From an uncultured Bacteroidales bacterium (GTDB taxonomy: Bacteria; Bacteroidota; Bacteroidia; Bacteroidales; FEN-979), in NCBI GenBank assembly GCA_903885595.1, contig CAISJJ010000044.1, positions 4,325 to 68,324 of the forward strand: a stretch of DNA of 64,000 bases, given 5' to 3'. Shown here piece after piece: positions 46,136 to 55,421 of this stretch (position 1 is its first letter; every line of letters starts with the position of its first letter). The position numbers were made by a program, and so were the translations under genes. The notes below the pieces were generated by a model. That model had not been told where the DNA came from. It was given only the letters and a program-made list of their open reading frames with translations, and made no database searches.

Positions 46136-46630
46136 TTGAAAAAAGCGCTGATATATTCGATCCTGATGGTGGTCCTGTTTAATTCTGCAGGATATTATCT
46201 GCTGTTTGAATTGCATAAATATCAGATTAAGAAGGATATGAAAGCATTGATACAGTCGAATCCTTCCAATTATACCATCATGAAGATCGATGATGTTGAA
46301 CATGACAAGGAATTCACCTGGATTCATAAAAAGGAGTTTCGCTACAAGGGATCCATGTACGATATTGTGCGTACTATAAAAAAAGGAAACACAACCATTT
46401 TCATCTGTCTGCATGATACCAGAGAATCAAAACTTTTTGCGGGATTGCAGCGGGAAACCCGGGATAAGCGTTTTTTCTCAATGTGGGAACATGTTGTCCT
46501 TTTTTGTTTCTCCTTTCCTGCAGTGGAACTGTCTGCTTTCCAGTTGGCTGAACTGACATATCCTGTCATTCATGTTTTTTTAACATCCCCTTTACTCCAG
46601 CCCTGGAGTCCGCCCCCTAAATTATTCTAG
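46136..46630 (+). CDS. small membrane protein of unknown function ending in ...WSPPPKLF
   Basis: TTG start 24 nt after a TACCTTTG -7 box. N-terminal TM is LIYSILMVVLFNSAGYYLLF. It lies 79 nt upstream of the TonB receptor 46710-49151. Confidence 0.45.
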   Translation: MKKALIYSILMVVLFNSAGYYLLFELHKYQIKKDMKALIQSNPSNYTIMKIDDVEHDKEFTWIHKKEFRYKGSMYDIVRTIKKGNTTIFICLHDTRESKLFAGLQRETRDKRFFSMWEHVVLFCFSFPAVELSAFQLAELTYPVIHVFLTSPLLQPWSPPPKLF

Positions 46631-46709
46631 GAATTTTATCTTTTTCCCTTTATTTCATGCAAGGCTGTCATTGATGGCTTTGTGATAATTTATATTTAAC
46701 CAAATTGAT

Positions 46710-49151
46710 ATGAAAGTAGCTACAATAGTATCCCTGTTACTTATTTTTATTGCTGCAACAGCCAATGGCCAGCTGGTGAAAGTCCTCGATAAATCTGATC
46801 TGCAACCCATAGCCCAGGTCACTGTTTCCAACATTGATAAAACCCATATGGTTATTACAAATATCGATGGTGTTGCTGACCTTACAGATTTTAATGCCTC
46901 CGATTCAATATTTTTTACCCATGTTGCATTCCAGTCAGTCATGATGTTAAAGTCAGGGATTTCATCTTCAGGGACCATCTATCTGACTGAAAATGTAATC
47001 CGACTCGATGAATTTGTCATTACCGGGAACAGAACGGAGGAGAAACGCTCAGACCTGCCTTATAAAATTGAAGTGATCCAGGCCAAGGATATCGTGTTTA
47101 AAAACCCGCAAAATGCAGCGATCATGCTGGAACAAACCGGCGAGGTCTTTATTCAGACCAGCCAGATGGGTGGTGGTAGCGCAGTTCTTCGGGGCTTTGA
47201 AGCAAACAAAGTGCTGATGGTCGTTGATGGGATCAGGATGAACAATGCAATATACCGGGCCGGTCACCTTCAGAGTGCCATTACCGTTGACCCATTCGGA
47301 CTGGCGTCCACTGAAATCCTTTACGGGCCTGGTTCAACCATATACGGCAGTGATGCGATGGGCGGGGTGATTAATTTTATAACCAAAGATCCCTCACTCT
47401 CAACAAACGGAAAAACCGAGGTGCATGGCAATCTCCTTGGCAGATTTTCATCTGCAAACAATGAAAGAACAGGTGGAATCAACCTGAACCTGGGATGGAA
47501 AAAACTGGCTGTTCTCCTCAATATCTCTGGTAGCAAATTTGGTGATCTTCGTGAGGGGAAAGTTCGGAATCCCGCCTATGGCACCTTTGGAGAACGTATC
47601 TTCTACGCAGAGCGAATTGACAATAAAGATGTAACCCTGGTGAATGAGAAACCATGGATCCAGCTTCAATCAGGTTATTCTCAGTGCAATGTACTGGGTA
47701 AAATCCTTTTTCAGCCTTCAGTTCACAGCCGCTATATTCTGAACGTCCAATATTCCAACTCCAGCGATATACCCCGGTACGACCGCCTTACCGAAATGTC
47801 GAATGACAGCACCATGAAATATGCGGAATGGTATTATGGCCCGCAGTCCAGGTTACTGGCTTCCCTGAAAGCCGAATACAATCTCAATGCGATTATTTTC
47901 GACCATGCCACTTTCATTCTGGGTTACCAAAATGTTCATGAAGATCGCATTAATCGCCGTTTTGGTAAGAGCACAAAAGCATATAATCTCGAATCAATTG
48001 GAGTTTTTTCTGTGAACGCCGATTTTGATAAACAGATTGCATCACGCGACGACCTTCATTACGGAATTGAACTTCAATATAATAATGTTGATTCCAAAGC
48101 ACATAATGAGAACATCAAGACTGGCATTTCCACAGATGATCTTGCAACACGCTACCCTGATCAGAAAGGGAACATGATGTATCTTTCAGCTTACTTGTCC
48201 AATAACTGGAAGATCAGTGATCTGCTCGCATTCTCTCAGGGCTTGCGATTCAATTATGTGACCCTCAACGCAGCCTATTCCGATACGATGGTTAAGATTA
48301 TGAAAATTCCGTTTGATCCGACTATTTCGCAGAAGAACACTGCCGTTAACGGATATGTCGGCCTTGTTGCCACTCCTGGCCGCGACTGGAAATTTTCGCT
48401 GGTCGGTTCCACAGGGTTCAGAGCGCCCAATATTGACGACCTGACAAAACTGAATGTGGTTTCGGGGCAAACCATCGTAGTCCCCAATCCCGGTCTGAAA
48501 CCGGAATATTCGTATAATGTGGAACTTTCAATTGCGAAGACCATCGCTGGAAAAGTTCGTATTGAAGGAACCGGATTTTACAACTGGCTGAAGGATGCAA
48601 ATGTGATCAGGCCTTTTGCATACAATGGGTTGGATTCTATCACAATTAATGATGAAAAATATCAGACGCTTGCCCCTGTAAATGCTGGTAGCGCTTACAT
48701 CTGTGGATTCCAGGGGAACATCCTTGCACAGGTAACGCGATCTTTCTCCATTCTTAGCAACCTAACCTATACTTATGGGTATATTGAGACTGATGGAGTT
48801 CCCCTTGATCATATCCCACCGGTGTTCGGAATGACTTCATTTCGTTTGGAGTTGAAAAAATTCAAGGGAGATTTTTACGTGATGTACAATGGGTGGAAGC
48901 GTATCAGCCAATACAATCCAGGCAGCGAAGACAATAAGGTTTATTCCCTTCCTGACCCAAATAACCCAGGCAATTACCTGGGAATGCCTTCCTGGTATAC
49001 CTTGAACCTGAAATTGAGCTACCAGATAGTTAAGTATGTGAATGTTGAACTTGGCATAGAAAACATTCTTGACGAGAATTACCGGAAATTCGCATCAGGC
49101 ATCAGCAGTCCGGGACGTAACGTCATTGTTGCGCTTCGCGCCAATCTCTAA
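46710..49151 (+). CDS. TonB-dependent receptor with carboxypeptidase-regulatory-like domain
   Basis: CarbopepD_reg-like N-terminus is VKVLDKSDLQPIAQVTV. Plug motifs are DEFVITG and TEILYGPGSTIYGSDAMGGVINFITK. Confidence 0.85.
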   Translation: MKVATIVSLLLIFIAATANGQLVKVLDKSDLQPIAQVTVSNIDKTHMVITNIDGVADLTDFNASDSIFFTHVAFQSVMMLKSGISSSGTIYLTENVIRLDEFVITGNRTEEKRSDLPYKIEVIQAKDIVFKNPQNAAIMLEQTGEVFIQTSQMGGGSAVLRGFEANKVLMVVDGIRMNNAIYRAGHLQSAITVDPFGLASTEILYGPGSTIYGSDAMGGVINFITKDPSLSTNGKTEVHGNLLGRFSSANNERTGGINLNLGWKKLAVLLNISGSKFGDLREGKVRNPAYGTFGERIFYAERIDNKDVTLVNEKPWIQLQSGYSQCNVLGKILFQPSVHSRYILNVQYSNSSDIPRYDRLTEMSNDSTMKYAEWYYGPQSRLLASLKAEYNLNAIIFDHATFILGYQNVHEDRINRRFGKSTKAYNLESIGVFSVNADFDKQIASRDDLHYGIELQYNNVDSKAHNENIKTGISTDDLATRYPDQKGNMMYLSAYLSNNWKISDLLAFSQGLRFNYVTLNAAYSDTMVKIMKIPFDPTISQKNTAVNGYVGLVATPGRDWKFSLVGSTGFRAPNIDDLTKLNVVSGQTIVVPNPGLKPEYSYNVELSIAKTIAGKVRIEGTGFYNWLKDANVIRPFAYNGLDSITINDEKYQTLAPVNAGSAYICGFQGNILAQVTRSFSILSNLTYTYGYIETDGVPLDHIPPVFGMTSFRLELKKFKGDFYVMYNGWKRISQYNPGSEDNKVYSLPDPNNPGNYLGMPSWYTLNLKLSYQIVKYVNVELGIENILDENYRKFASGISSPGRNVIVALRANL

Positions 49152-49727
49152 TAACTGGTTATGAATTGCAATAACCTGGGGAATGACCAGCTCAGAACCA
49201 TCGTTGCGGATGACGAAATCCGATAACATCGACTTTTCTGCATCTTCAAGCTGAAACTGCATTCGCCTCAGCACTGAATGGCCATCGATTTTGTCTCTTT
49301 TTACGACCCGATCGATGGCTGTTTCCTTTGGACAGGAAACATGAATAACATAGTCGTATTCTTTTCTGAAACCACTTTCAAAAATGATGGCTGCTTCCTG
49401 TATTACATATTGAATATTTATCTGTAATTCTGTCCATTTCCGGAAATCGCGTTTAACACGCGGATGAAGGATGGAATTTAATACGAGCAGCGCCTTTTCA
49501 TCCGTAAACACAATGGAAGCCAACGACCGGCGGTTGATCTCGTGATCGTTGGTGAGAATTCCATATCCGAAATGCTTGAGGATTTCGTTTTTCACCTTTG
49601 GATCATCAAGGAATTTTTTTGATACTTCATCAGCATGATAAACAGGGATACCCAGAGAAGAAAAAACTCCTGATATCAGGGTTTTCCCGCTTCCAATGTT
49701 CCCTGTGAGACCTATCTTTAAAGTCAT
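49095..49727 (-). CDS. coaE: dephospho-CoA kinase
   Basis: P-loop is IGLTGNIGSGKT. The 3' end overlaps the convergent receptor gene by 57 nt. Confidence 0.85.
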   Translation of the reverse strand: MTLKIGLTGNIGSGKTLISGVFSSLGIPVYHADEVSKKFLDDPKVKNEILKHFGYGILTNDHEINRRSLASIVFTDEKALLVLNSILHPRVKRDFRKWTELQINIQYVIQEAAIIFESGFRKEYDYVIHVSCPKETAIDRVVKRDKIDGHSVLRRMQFQLEDAEKSMLSDFVIRNDGSELVIPQVIAIHNQLLEIGAKRNNDVTSRTADA

Positions 49728-50317
49728 TCAGCGTTTTTGATCAATGATTTCGGATCCACATGTTTCATCAAACTATCTGTTAAACGAAGTACTGTATCCC
49801 TGCCTGCCACCTGCATCCTGATAAAATTGGCCGATGTACGTGCAGGAATACGTTTTATACCCTGCCTTTCGAATCCGAAAAAAAGGGTGTCCGGAGAGAC
49901 GAAATAAACTTCACTCGGGAAATTCGTTTGGGCAACGATCTCCTTCCCGATCCGGTTTGTCAGTAAGTAGCCCATGATCTGATCTCCTCCATAGCGTAAA
50001 CGTACATTACGAAGGCTAACTTCAAATTCGCGATCCTGCTTCAGAATGAACTGTTCGGAGAAAAATTCAAAACCCTGTAACTTGATCCTGAGATTCAGTG
50101 TCGAATCAGAATATCCGGCCAGTTTCAGGTTTCCCGGAATATGGGTAAAATTCAAACGATACTCGACCGAATAGTAATATTCTTTGGAAAGCCTTACAAG
50201 CGCCCAAATTAATACCGAAAGAACCAGGCAAACAATGAAAACAGGCAATTGGTTCCTGAACTTTTCACTGCGGCGTTGCCTGGCATTTCCGATGAATTCA
50301 AGAAAATCGGACTTCAT
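49724..50317 (-). CDS. YbbR-like single-TM protein
   Basis: 197 aa with one TM (LPVFIVCLVLSVLIWALV). It sits between yajC and coaE, a conserved position in Bacteroidota. ATGA overlap with coaE. Confidence 0.45.
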   Translation of the reverse strand: MKSDFLEFIGNARQRRSEKFRNQLPVFIVCLVLSVLIWALVRLSKEYYYSVEYRLNFTHIPGNLKLAGYSDSTLNLRIKLQGFEFFSEQFILKQDREFEVSLRNVRLRYGGDQIMGYLLTNRIGKEIVAQTNFPSEVYFVSPDTLFFGFERQGIKRIPARTSANFIRMQVAGRDTVLRLTDSLMKHVDPKSLIKNAE

Positions 50318-50338
50318 CGGTTGAAATATTAAATCAAA

Positions 50339-50668
50339 TTATTTCGCTTCGATGGTTTGTGTATTGTCCATCGCCACAGCCGATTTCTCAACCCTCAGCC
50401 GCACGCTGTTTTCGACTTCGATGGTCACAGTAGTTTCCTGTATCTCAACAATCCGGCCATGAATGCCACCAATAGTGATTATTTTCTGGCCTTTCTGCAG
50501 ACTTTCCTTGAATTTTTTCTGATCCTTCGACCGTTTCATCTGCGGGCGGATGAAGAAAAAATAAAAGACAACAATGATCAGAACCAGGGGTAAAAATGAC
50601 ATCCAGCCACTCTGCTGTCCGCCCTGGCCTTGAGGTGCCATTAAAAGGATGTTTAATAAGTTCGTCAT
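50339..50668 (-). CDS. yajC: preprotein translocase subunit YajC
   Basis: 109 aa with a single TM (FLPLVLIIVVFYFFFIRPQ), then KGQKIITIGGIHGRIVEI. Confidence 0.85.
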   Translation of the reverse strand: MTNLLNILLMAPQGQGGQQSGWMSFLPLVLIIVVFYFFFIRPQMKRSKDQKKFKESLQKGQKIITIGGIHGRIVEIQETTVTIEVENSVRLRVEKSAVAMDNTQTIEAK

Positions 50669-50677
50669 GATAAATTC

Positions 50678-50703
50678 AATTAAAAATTAAAAATTAAAAA
50701 TTA
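50678..50703. repeat. 7-bp tandem array AATTAAA x ~3.7 upstream of yajC
   Basis: The sequence is aattaaa x3 then aatta, 9 nt from the yajC ATG (50666-50668). Confidence 0.85.
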
Positions 50704-50721
50704 CTTTTTGATTTCGATATT

Positions 50722-50769
50722 TCGCTACCTCGCTACCTCGCTACTTCGCTACCTCGCTACCTCGCTACT
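50722..50769. repeat. 8-bp tandem array TCGCTACC/TCGCTACT x 6
   Basis: Six head-to-tail octamers were read directly. The array ends at the stop codon of the DUF1573 gene. Confidence 0.9.
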
Positions 50770-51257
50770 TATTTCTCCGTCGCCGGATTCACTACCTGCG
50801 CCTTTATTCTGATCACAGTGGCGTTCGGTTGGGTGTTTGATATCACAACAACATTCTTGTTTTGGTACCCACGCCTGCCGTTGCTGTTGAATGCTACTTT
50901 GATATTACTGGTTTCTCCCGGGCGGATAGGTGTTTTAGGATAGGAGGGTACGGTACATCCGCAGGAAGAGGAAACCTCGGCAATGATCAGGTCGGTTTTT
51001 CCCGCATTGGTGAATTTAAAGGAAAAGGAAACCGTTTCACCTTCAATAATCCTTCCGAAATCATGTTCCGTCTCTTCAAACTGAATTACAGGAAGAGCAC
51101 CCTGTTCAGGGTTGCCATTGGCTGTATTAGGATTTTTAACCACATCGGTAGAAAGGGATCCCTCACCGTTTTGTCCATCCTGATTACATCCGAACAACAG
51201 CATCATTGCTGAAAACAGAAACAGGAAGGGAACTCGTTTTAAATTCATGAAAAGCAA
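50769..51257 (-). CDS. DUF1573 domain-containing lipoprotein
   Basis: Lipoprotein signal is MLLFGC. The DUF1573 pattern is HDFGRIIEGETVSFSFKFTNAGKTDLIIAEVSSSCGCTVPSYPKTPIRPGE. Confidence 0.7.
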   Translation of the reverse strand: MLFMNLKRVPFLFLFSAMMLLFGCNQDGQNGEGSLSTDVVKNPNTANGNPEQGALPVIQFEETEHDFGRIIEGETVSFSFKFTNAGKTDLIIAEVSSSCGCTVPSYPKTPIRPGETSNIKVAFNSNGRRGYQNKNVVVISNTQPNATVIRIKAQVVNPATEK

Positions 51258-51306
51258 GGTTGTTTAACGGCGCAAAGTTATGAAAAATATTCGTAATTTT
51301 ACAGCT

Positions 51307-51822
51307 ATGCGTATCTACCTGATCGGATATATGGCCTCGGGGAAATCAAACCTTGGGAAATTGCTGTCTGAAAAGCTGGGTTATTCATTTCTTGACTTGG
51401 ATGACCTCTTTGAAGAGAGGTTTCGCATCAGTGTGTTTGATTTTTTTGAAAAATACAATGAAAATGAATTCAGGAAAATCGAAGAGACACTGCTTATCGA
51501 AACAGTTGATCATGATGATGTTGTGATTTCCACAGGAGGAGGCACCCCTTGCTTTTTTGATAACATGGAATTCATAAGGAAGTCAGGGATTTCAATATAT
51601 CTGCAATGGAACATTCCTGCGCTTGTCAGCCGTTTGCGCAAAGTGAAACGGAAACGACCCTTGCTGAGCGATATTCCCGCTGCCGAACTTGAAGAAAGGG
51701 TCAGGAAGCAACTGGCGCAGCGCGATATTTATTATAACCAGGCAAACCTCACCATCGATGCCGAAAACCTGGAATTGGATAACCTGCTTTTATGGATTCA
51801 CAGCCGGCTGGAAATAAGTTAA
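51307..51822 (+). CDS. aroK: shikimate kinase
   Basis: MRIYLIGYMASGKS P-loop at the N-terminus and a GGG block (ISTGGGTP). The ORF is also open from ATG 51280. Confidence 0.85.
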   Translation: MRIYLIGYMASGKSNLGKLLSEKLGYSFLDLDDLFEERFRISVFDFFEKYNENEFRKIEETLLIETVDHDDVVISTGGGTPCFFDNMEFIRKSGISIYLQWNIPALVSRLRKVKRKRPLLSDIPAAELEERVRKQLAQRDIYYNQANLTIDAENLELDNLLLWIHSRLEIS

Positions 51823-53249
51823 TCCCGTCGTTTCAGCAAAGCTACATTTTCAACGTGTTGTGTATGTGGAAACATATCGACCGGCTGGCATTTTTCAAGG
51901 GAATACAGATCGTTCAACAGGGCCAGATCCCTTGCCTGGGTAGCCGGGTTACAACTAACATAAACAATTTTCGGCGGTTTTGCACCCATGATGGCATGCA
52001 CAACTTTTTCATGCATCCCATTTCTTGGCGGATCGGTAATGATAATATCAGGGAGGCCCTGGGAACTTAGAAAATCAGGTGTCAGGATTTTTTCAGCCTC
52101 GCCGGCGAAAAAAACGGTATTATGAATCCCGTTGATCTGTGCGTTGATTTCTGCATCGGCAATGGCAGCCACGACTGATTCAATTCCCGTGACTCTTTTT
52201 ACATAATTGGCAATATAATTTGCAATCGTTCCTGTTCCTGTATAAAGATCGTAAACATGTTCATCTCCGGTGAAACCTGCAAACTCAGCGGCCGTTTTGT
52301 AAAGATTCACCGCCTGAAATGAATTGGTCTGAAAAAACGACGCCGGGCCAATGCGGTGTTCAATTTCCATTCCGCCATCGCGGAAAGGCGGCATTTTCTC
52401 TGTTATGTAAGGATCACCCTTGTATAAGTTGAAATCCAGATCGTAGATGGTATCATTCTTCTTAGAATTGATCACATAGAACAGGCTGGTGATTTCAGGG
52501 AAATGCCTTGCAAGGTGGTCAAGCATCCCAAAGATCGCTTCGTCTTCATTGCGGAATACCAGGATGACCATAAAACCACCTGCTTCGGTGTTCCGGATGA
52601 TCAGATTCCGTAAAAAACCCTGCCAGGTGCGTACATCGTAAAACTTCAGATCGTGATCTGCGGCATAAGCCCGGGCGGCAGTGCGAATTGCATTCGAGGG
52701 ATCTCTCTGATGAAAACACTCCCTGATGTCAACGACTTTATCAAAGAATTGTGGAATGTGGAAGCCTAGTGCATCTGTGTTGACAGATTCAGTTTCCACC
52801 TGCCGGTCTTCATCGGTCAGCCAGCGATGGTTGGAAAAGGTAAAATCCAGTTTGTTGCGGTAATACCTGGTCTTTGGAGATGCCAGTATGGGCAGAATCA
52901 ATGGATTTTCCAGCTTGCCTATCCTTGTGAAACTATCGTAGACCTGTTTTTGCTTGTAAAATAACTGCTCCTCATATTTCATGTTTTGCCACCGGCATCC
53001 GCCACAGAGGCCGAAATGGGAGCAATGGGGAATCGTTCTTTTTTTTGAATATTCATGGATTTGAACCGCTTTTCCCTCGAGGTACTTTTTTTTCTTTCGC
53101 GTCACCTGCACATCCACTACATCGCCGGGCACCACAAACGGGATAAAAATGACCTGGTCATTGATCTTCCCTATTGCCATTCCTTCGGACCCGGCATCAA
53201 TAATCTCGACATTTTTAAAAATGGCTGGCTGCTGGTGTTGGTGCTTCAT
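51819..53249 (-). CDS. rlmD: 23S rRNA (uracil-C5)-methyltransferase RlmD-like (TRAM + Fe-S + SAM methyltransferase)
   Basis: TRAM-like N-terminus. Cys cluster is CSHFGLCGGCRWQ. SAM-binding block is YDLYTGTGTIANYIA. C-terminal motifs are DPPRNG and YVSCNP. Confidence 0.8.
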   Translation of the reverse strand: MKHQHQQPAIFKNVEIIDAGSEGMAIGKINDQVIFIPFVVPGDVVDVQVTRKKKKYLEGKAVQIHEYSKKRTIPHCSHFGLCGGCRWQNMKYEEQLFYKQKQVYDSFTRIGKLENPLILPILASPKTRYYRNKLDFTFSNHRWLTDEDRQVETESVNTDALGFHIPQFFDKVVDIRECFHQRDPSNAIRTAARAYAADHDLKFYDVRTWQGFLRNLIIRNTEAGGFMVILVFRNEDEAIFGMLDHLARHFPEITSLFYVINSKKNDTIYDLDFNLYKGDPYITEKMPPFRDGGMEIEHRIGPASFFQTNSFQAVNLYKTAAEFAGFTGDEHVYDLYTGTGTIANYIANYVKRVTGIESVVAAIADAEINAQINGIHNTVFFAGEAEKILTPDFLSSQGLPDIIITDPPRNGMHEKVVHAIMGAKPPKIVYVSCNPATQARDLALLNDLYSLEKCQPVDMFPHTQHVENVALLKRRD

Positions 53250-53274
53250 GGGGAAATGTTAAGATGTTCATTTA

Positions 53275-53314
53275 TTAGTTGGTAAGTTGGTAAGCTGGTA
53301 AGCTGGTAAGTTGG
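53275..53314. repeat. 8-bp tandem array TAAGYTGG x 5 (reverse complement of the CCAGCTTA unit at 30861)
   Basis: The sequence is ttagttgg taagttgg taagctgg taagctgg taagttgg, 26 nt upstream (gene orientation) of the rlmD ATG. Confidence 0.85.
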
Positions 53315-53397
53315 TTGGTGTATCGTTGAATGTATCTTGAAATGGCAGGCAGACATATTGATATAATATTCGATATTCATTTTTGTGCGGCAGAGAT

Positions 53398-53442
53398 TAC
53401 TTCGTATTTCGACATTCGTTGCTCAATATTCGAAATTCTATT
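53398..53442. repeat. degenerate 7-bp periodic array TTCGnnn x ~6
   Basis: The sequence is TTCGtat TTCGaca TTCGttg CTCAata TTCGaaa TTCTatt. It overlaps the hydE-like stop codon. Confidence 0.6.
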
Positions 53443-54532
53443 GACTTGCCGACCTTTCATGAAAATGCCGGGAATCGCCCCATTCTCCATACCCAATGGA
53501 ATCACCTGCCATATGGATACGGGCTTCGAGACAACTTTTACACTCTTCAGCCTCTTCGTCAAGACAAGGTTTATTTTCGTAAAGCAAATAGTCGTGCCGG
53601 TATTTTGCGGGTGTAAGGTTAGGCATAATTACATTTGCACCAACCATGAGTGCTTTTTCACGTCCCTGGGGGTCGATTGTTTGCATGGCTGTTGTTGCGG
53701 CGATGTTGATATTTTTCATCATGATCCGCAATATGGCGACCATCTTCAGTGAAAGATCAAACCGGTCTTTAATGGGTAACAGTTCATCCCTGAACTGATA
53801 AAGGGGTGTATCCACATGTTCGATATAGGGTCCCATGCCAGCCATGTCGATATCAAATTCGCGGAAAAAGAGCAGATCGTCGGCCAGATCAGAAAGGGTT
53901 TGAAATGGTAATCCTATCATTACACCAGTGCCAACCTGGTACCCGACATTGCGAAGTGTTTTCAGTGCGTCAAGCCTTCGTTGGAAATCATGTGTATAAT
54001 TGTTTGGATGAAGTTTTTTATAAAGTTTTGGATTTGAAACTTCAATGCGTAAAAGATAACGGTGTGCGCCGGATTCAAACCATCGGCGATAGGTCTCCTC
54101 ACTTTGTTCACCAAGTGACAGTGTTACATGAATTTTTCCCTCCGTTTGCTGACTGATTCTTTTTAATGTTGATTCCACTTTCGAAACAAATGTTTTATTT
54201 GTTTGTTCCCCCGACTGGATTACAATGGAAGCATAATTATTCACATAGGCAAAATTGACTGCTTCCATCACCTCCGAATCGGTCATCCGGTAACGTGCAT
54301 ACCTGCTGTTTCCTGCCCGGATTCCGCAATAGAAACAATTTTTTTTGCAATAATTTGAGTATTCGATCAAACCCCTGAAATAAACCTTATTCCCCACGTA
54401 TTTCCCTTTTGTTTCTTTGGCCTTCCTGAACAGGGATGTGCGTTCTTTTTCACTGGTATTCAACAGGTAAAGAAGATCTTTTTTGGAAAATGATGGTTTT
54501 TCTAAAATTTTTTCAACATCATCAATAATCAT
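53438..54532 (-). CDS. hydE: [FeFe]-hydrogenase H-cluster radical SAM maturase HydE-like
   Basis: EYSNYCKKNCFYCGIRAGN (CX3CX2C in HydE/BioB context). TLSLGE and GAHRYLLRIE blocks are present. The C-terminal second-cluster motif CLDEEAEECKSC (CX7CX2C) is as in HydE. Confidence 0.65.
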   Translation of the reverse strand: MIIDDVEKILEKPSFSKKDLLYLLNTSEKERTSLFRKAKETKGKYVGNKVYFRGLIEYSNYCKKNCFYCGIRAGNSRYARYRMTDSEVMEAVNFAYVNNYASIVIQSGEQTNKTFVSKVESTLKRISQQTEGKIHVTLSLGEQSEETYRRWFESGAHRYLLRIEVSNPKLYKKLHPNNYTHDFQRRLDALKTLRNVGYQVGTGVMIGLPFQTLSDLADDLLFFREFDIDMAGMGPYIEHVDTPLYQFRDELLPIKDRFDLSLKMVAILRIMMKNINIAATTAMQTIDPQGREKALMVGANVIMPNLTPAKYRHDYLLYENKPCLDEEAEECKSCLEARIHMAGDSIGYGEWGDSRHFHERSASQ

Positions 54533-54581
54533 GGAATAATATTAATACATTAGCAACAAATCAAAAAAATGTAAGTCCTTG

Positions 54582-54589
54582 CAAAATTA
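54582..54589 (-). promoter_or_regulatory. candidate -7 box TAATTTTG for the hydE-like gene
   Basis: Exact TAnnTTTG on the minus strand, 49 nt upstream of the ATG. Confidence 0.4.
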
Positions 54590-54615
54590 CTACATTTACA
54601 TGACATTTTTCTTTG

Positions 54616-54623
54616 TATTTTTG
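54616..54623 (+). promoter_or_regulatory. candidate -7 box TATTTTTG for the LytTR response regulator gene
   Basis: Exact TAnnTTTG, 39 nt upstream of the ATG. Confidence 0.4.
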
Positions 54624-54662
54624 CTTGAAATCAGGCAATTCCCATAGGCAAACAATCAATTT

Positions 54663-55421
54663 ATGGACGATTTAATCAAAACGGTACTGGTCGATGACGA
54701 TAAAAGTGCTATTATAACACTCCAGGCAATGCTCGCTGGCAATTTTCCGAACATTGAAATTGTCGGAACTGCCAACAACGTGAGTGAAGCTACTTTCCTT
54801 ATCGATGCTGTAAAACCTGAACTTGTTTTTCTGGATATCAATTTGCCGGATGGTGAGGGTTTCGACGTCATCGAACGTGTTGCTTATAAGGATTTTCGGG
54901 TAATTTTCGTCACCGCCTATGACAAATATGCTGTCAGGGCATTTGAATTTTCAGCGCTGCATTACCTGGTCAAACCAGTCAGCTATGAACTGCTTAAAAC
55001 CGCCGTTGAACGGTACAAGGATGTAAAAGTTGATGAGATTGATAACCGTTTGAGGATTTTGCGGGACAGCCTGAGAAGCAAAAACGAAAAGATCATCATA
55101 CCTTCTACCGATGGGTTGAACATTGTAAAACTCGGCGATATTATCCGCCTGGAGGCCAGCGATGTATATACCCTGTTTTACATGACCAACGGCCAGCGGT
55201 TCGTTGCCTCGAAACCGCTCAACAACTATGAGAAAATCCTTGAAGACCTTCCATTTTCGCGTGTTCACAGCAAACATCTGATAAACCTGATGTATGTAAA
55301 ACGCTATGTGAAAGGGAAAGGCGGGTCGATCATCCTTGAGGACAACACAGAAGTTGAGGTTTCGGTGAGGAAAAAGGCTGATTTTCTCGAAAAATTAAAA
55401 AATTACGCCCGGTTTGTTTAA
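54663..55421 (+). CDS. LytR/AlgR family response regulator (receiver + LytTR DNA-binding domain)
   Basis: Receiver is VLVDDD...LVFLDINLPDG...VKP. The C-terminal LytTR block is FSRVHSKHLINLMYV. Confidence 0.85.
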   Translation: MDDLIKTVLVDDDKSAIITLQAMLAGNFPNIEIVGTANNVSEATFLIDAVKPELVFLDINLPDGEGFDVIERVAYKDFRVIFVTAYDKYAVRAFEFSALHYLVKPVSYELLKTAVERYKDVKVDEIDNRLRILRDSLRSKNEKIIIPSTDGLNIVKLGDIIRLEASDVYTLFYMTNGQRFVASKPLNNYEKILEDLPFSRVHSKHLINLMYVKRYVKGKGGSIILEDNTEVEVSVRKKADFLEKLKNYARFV

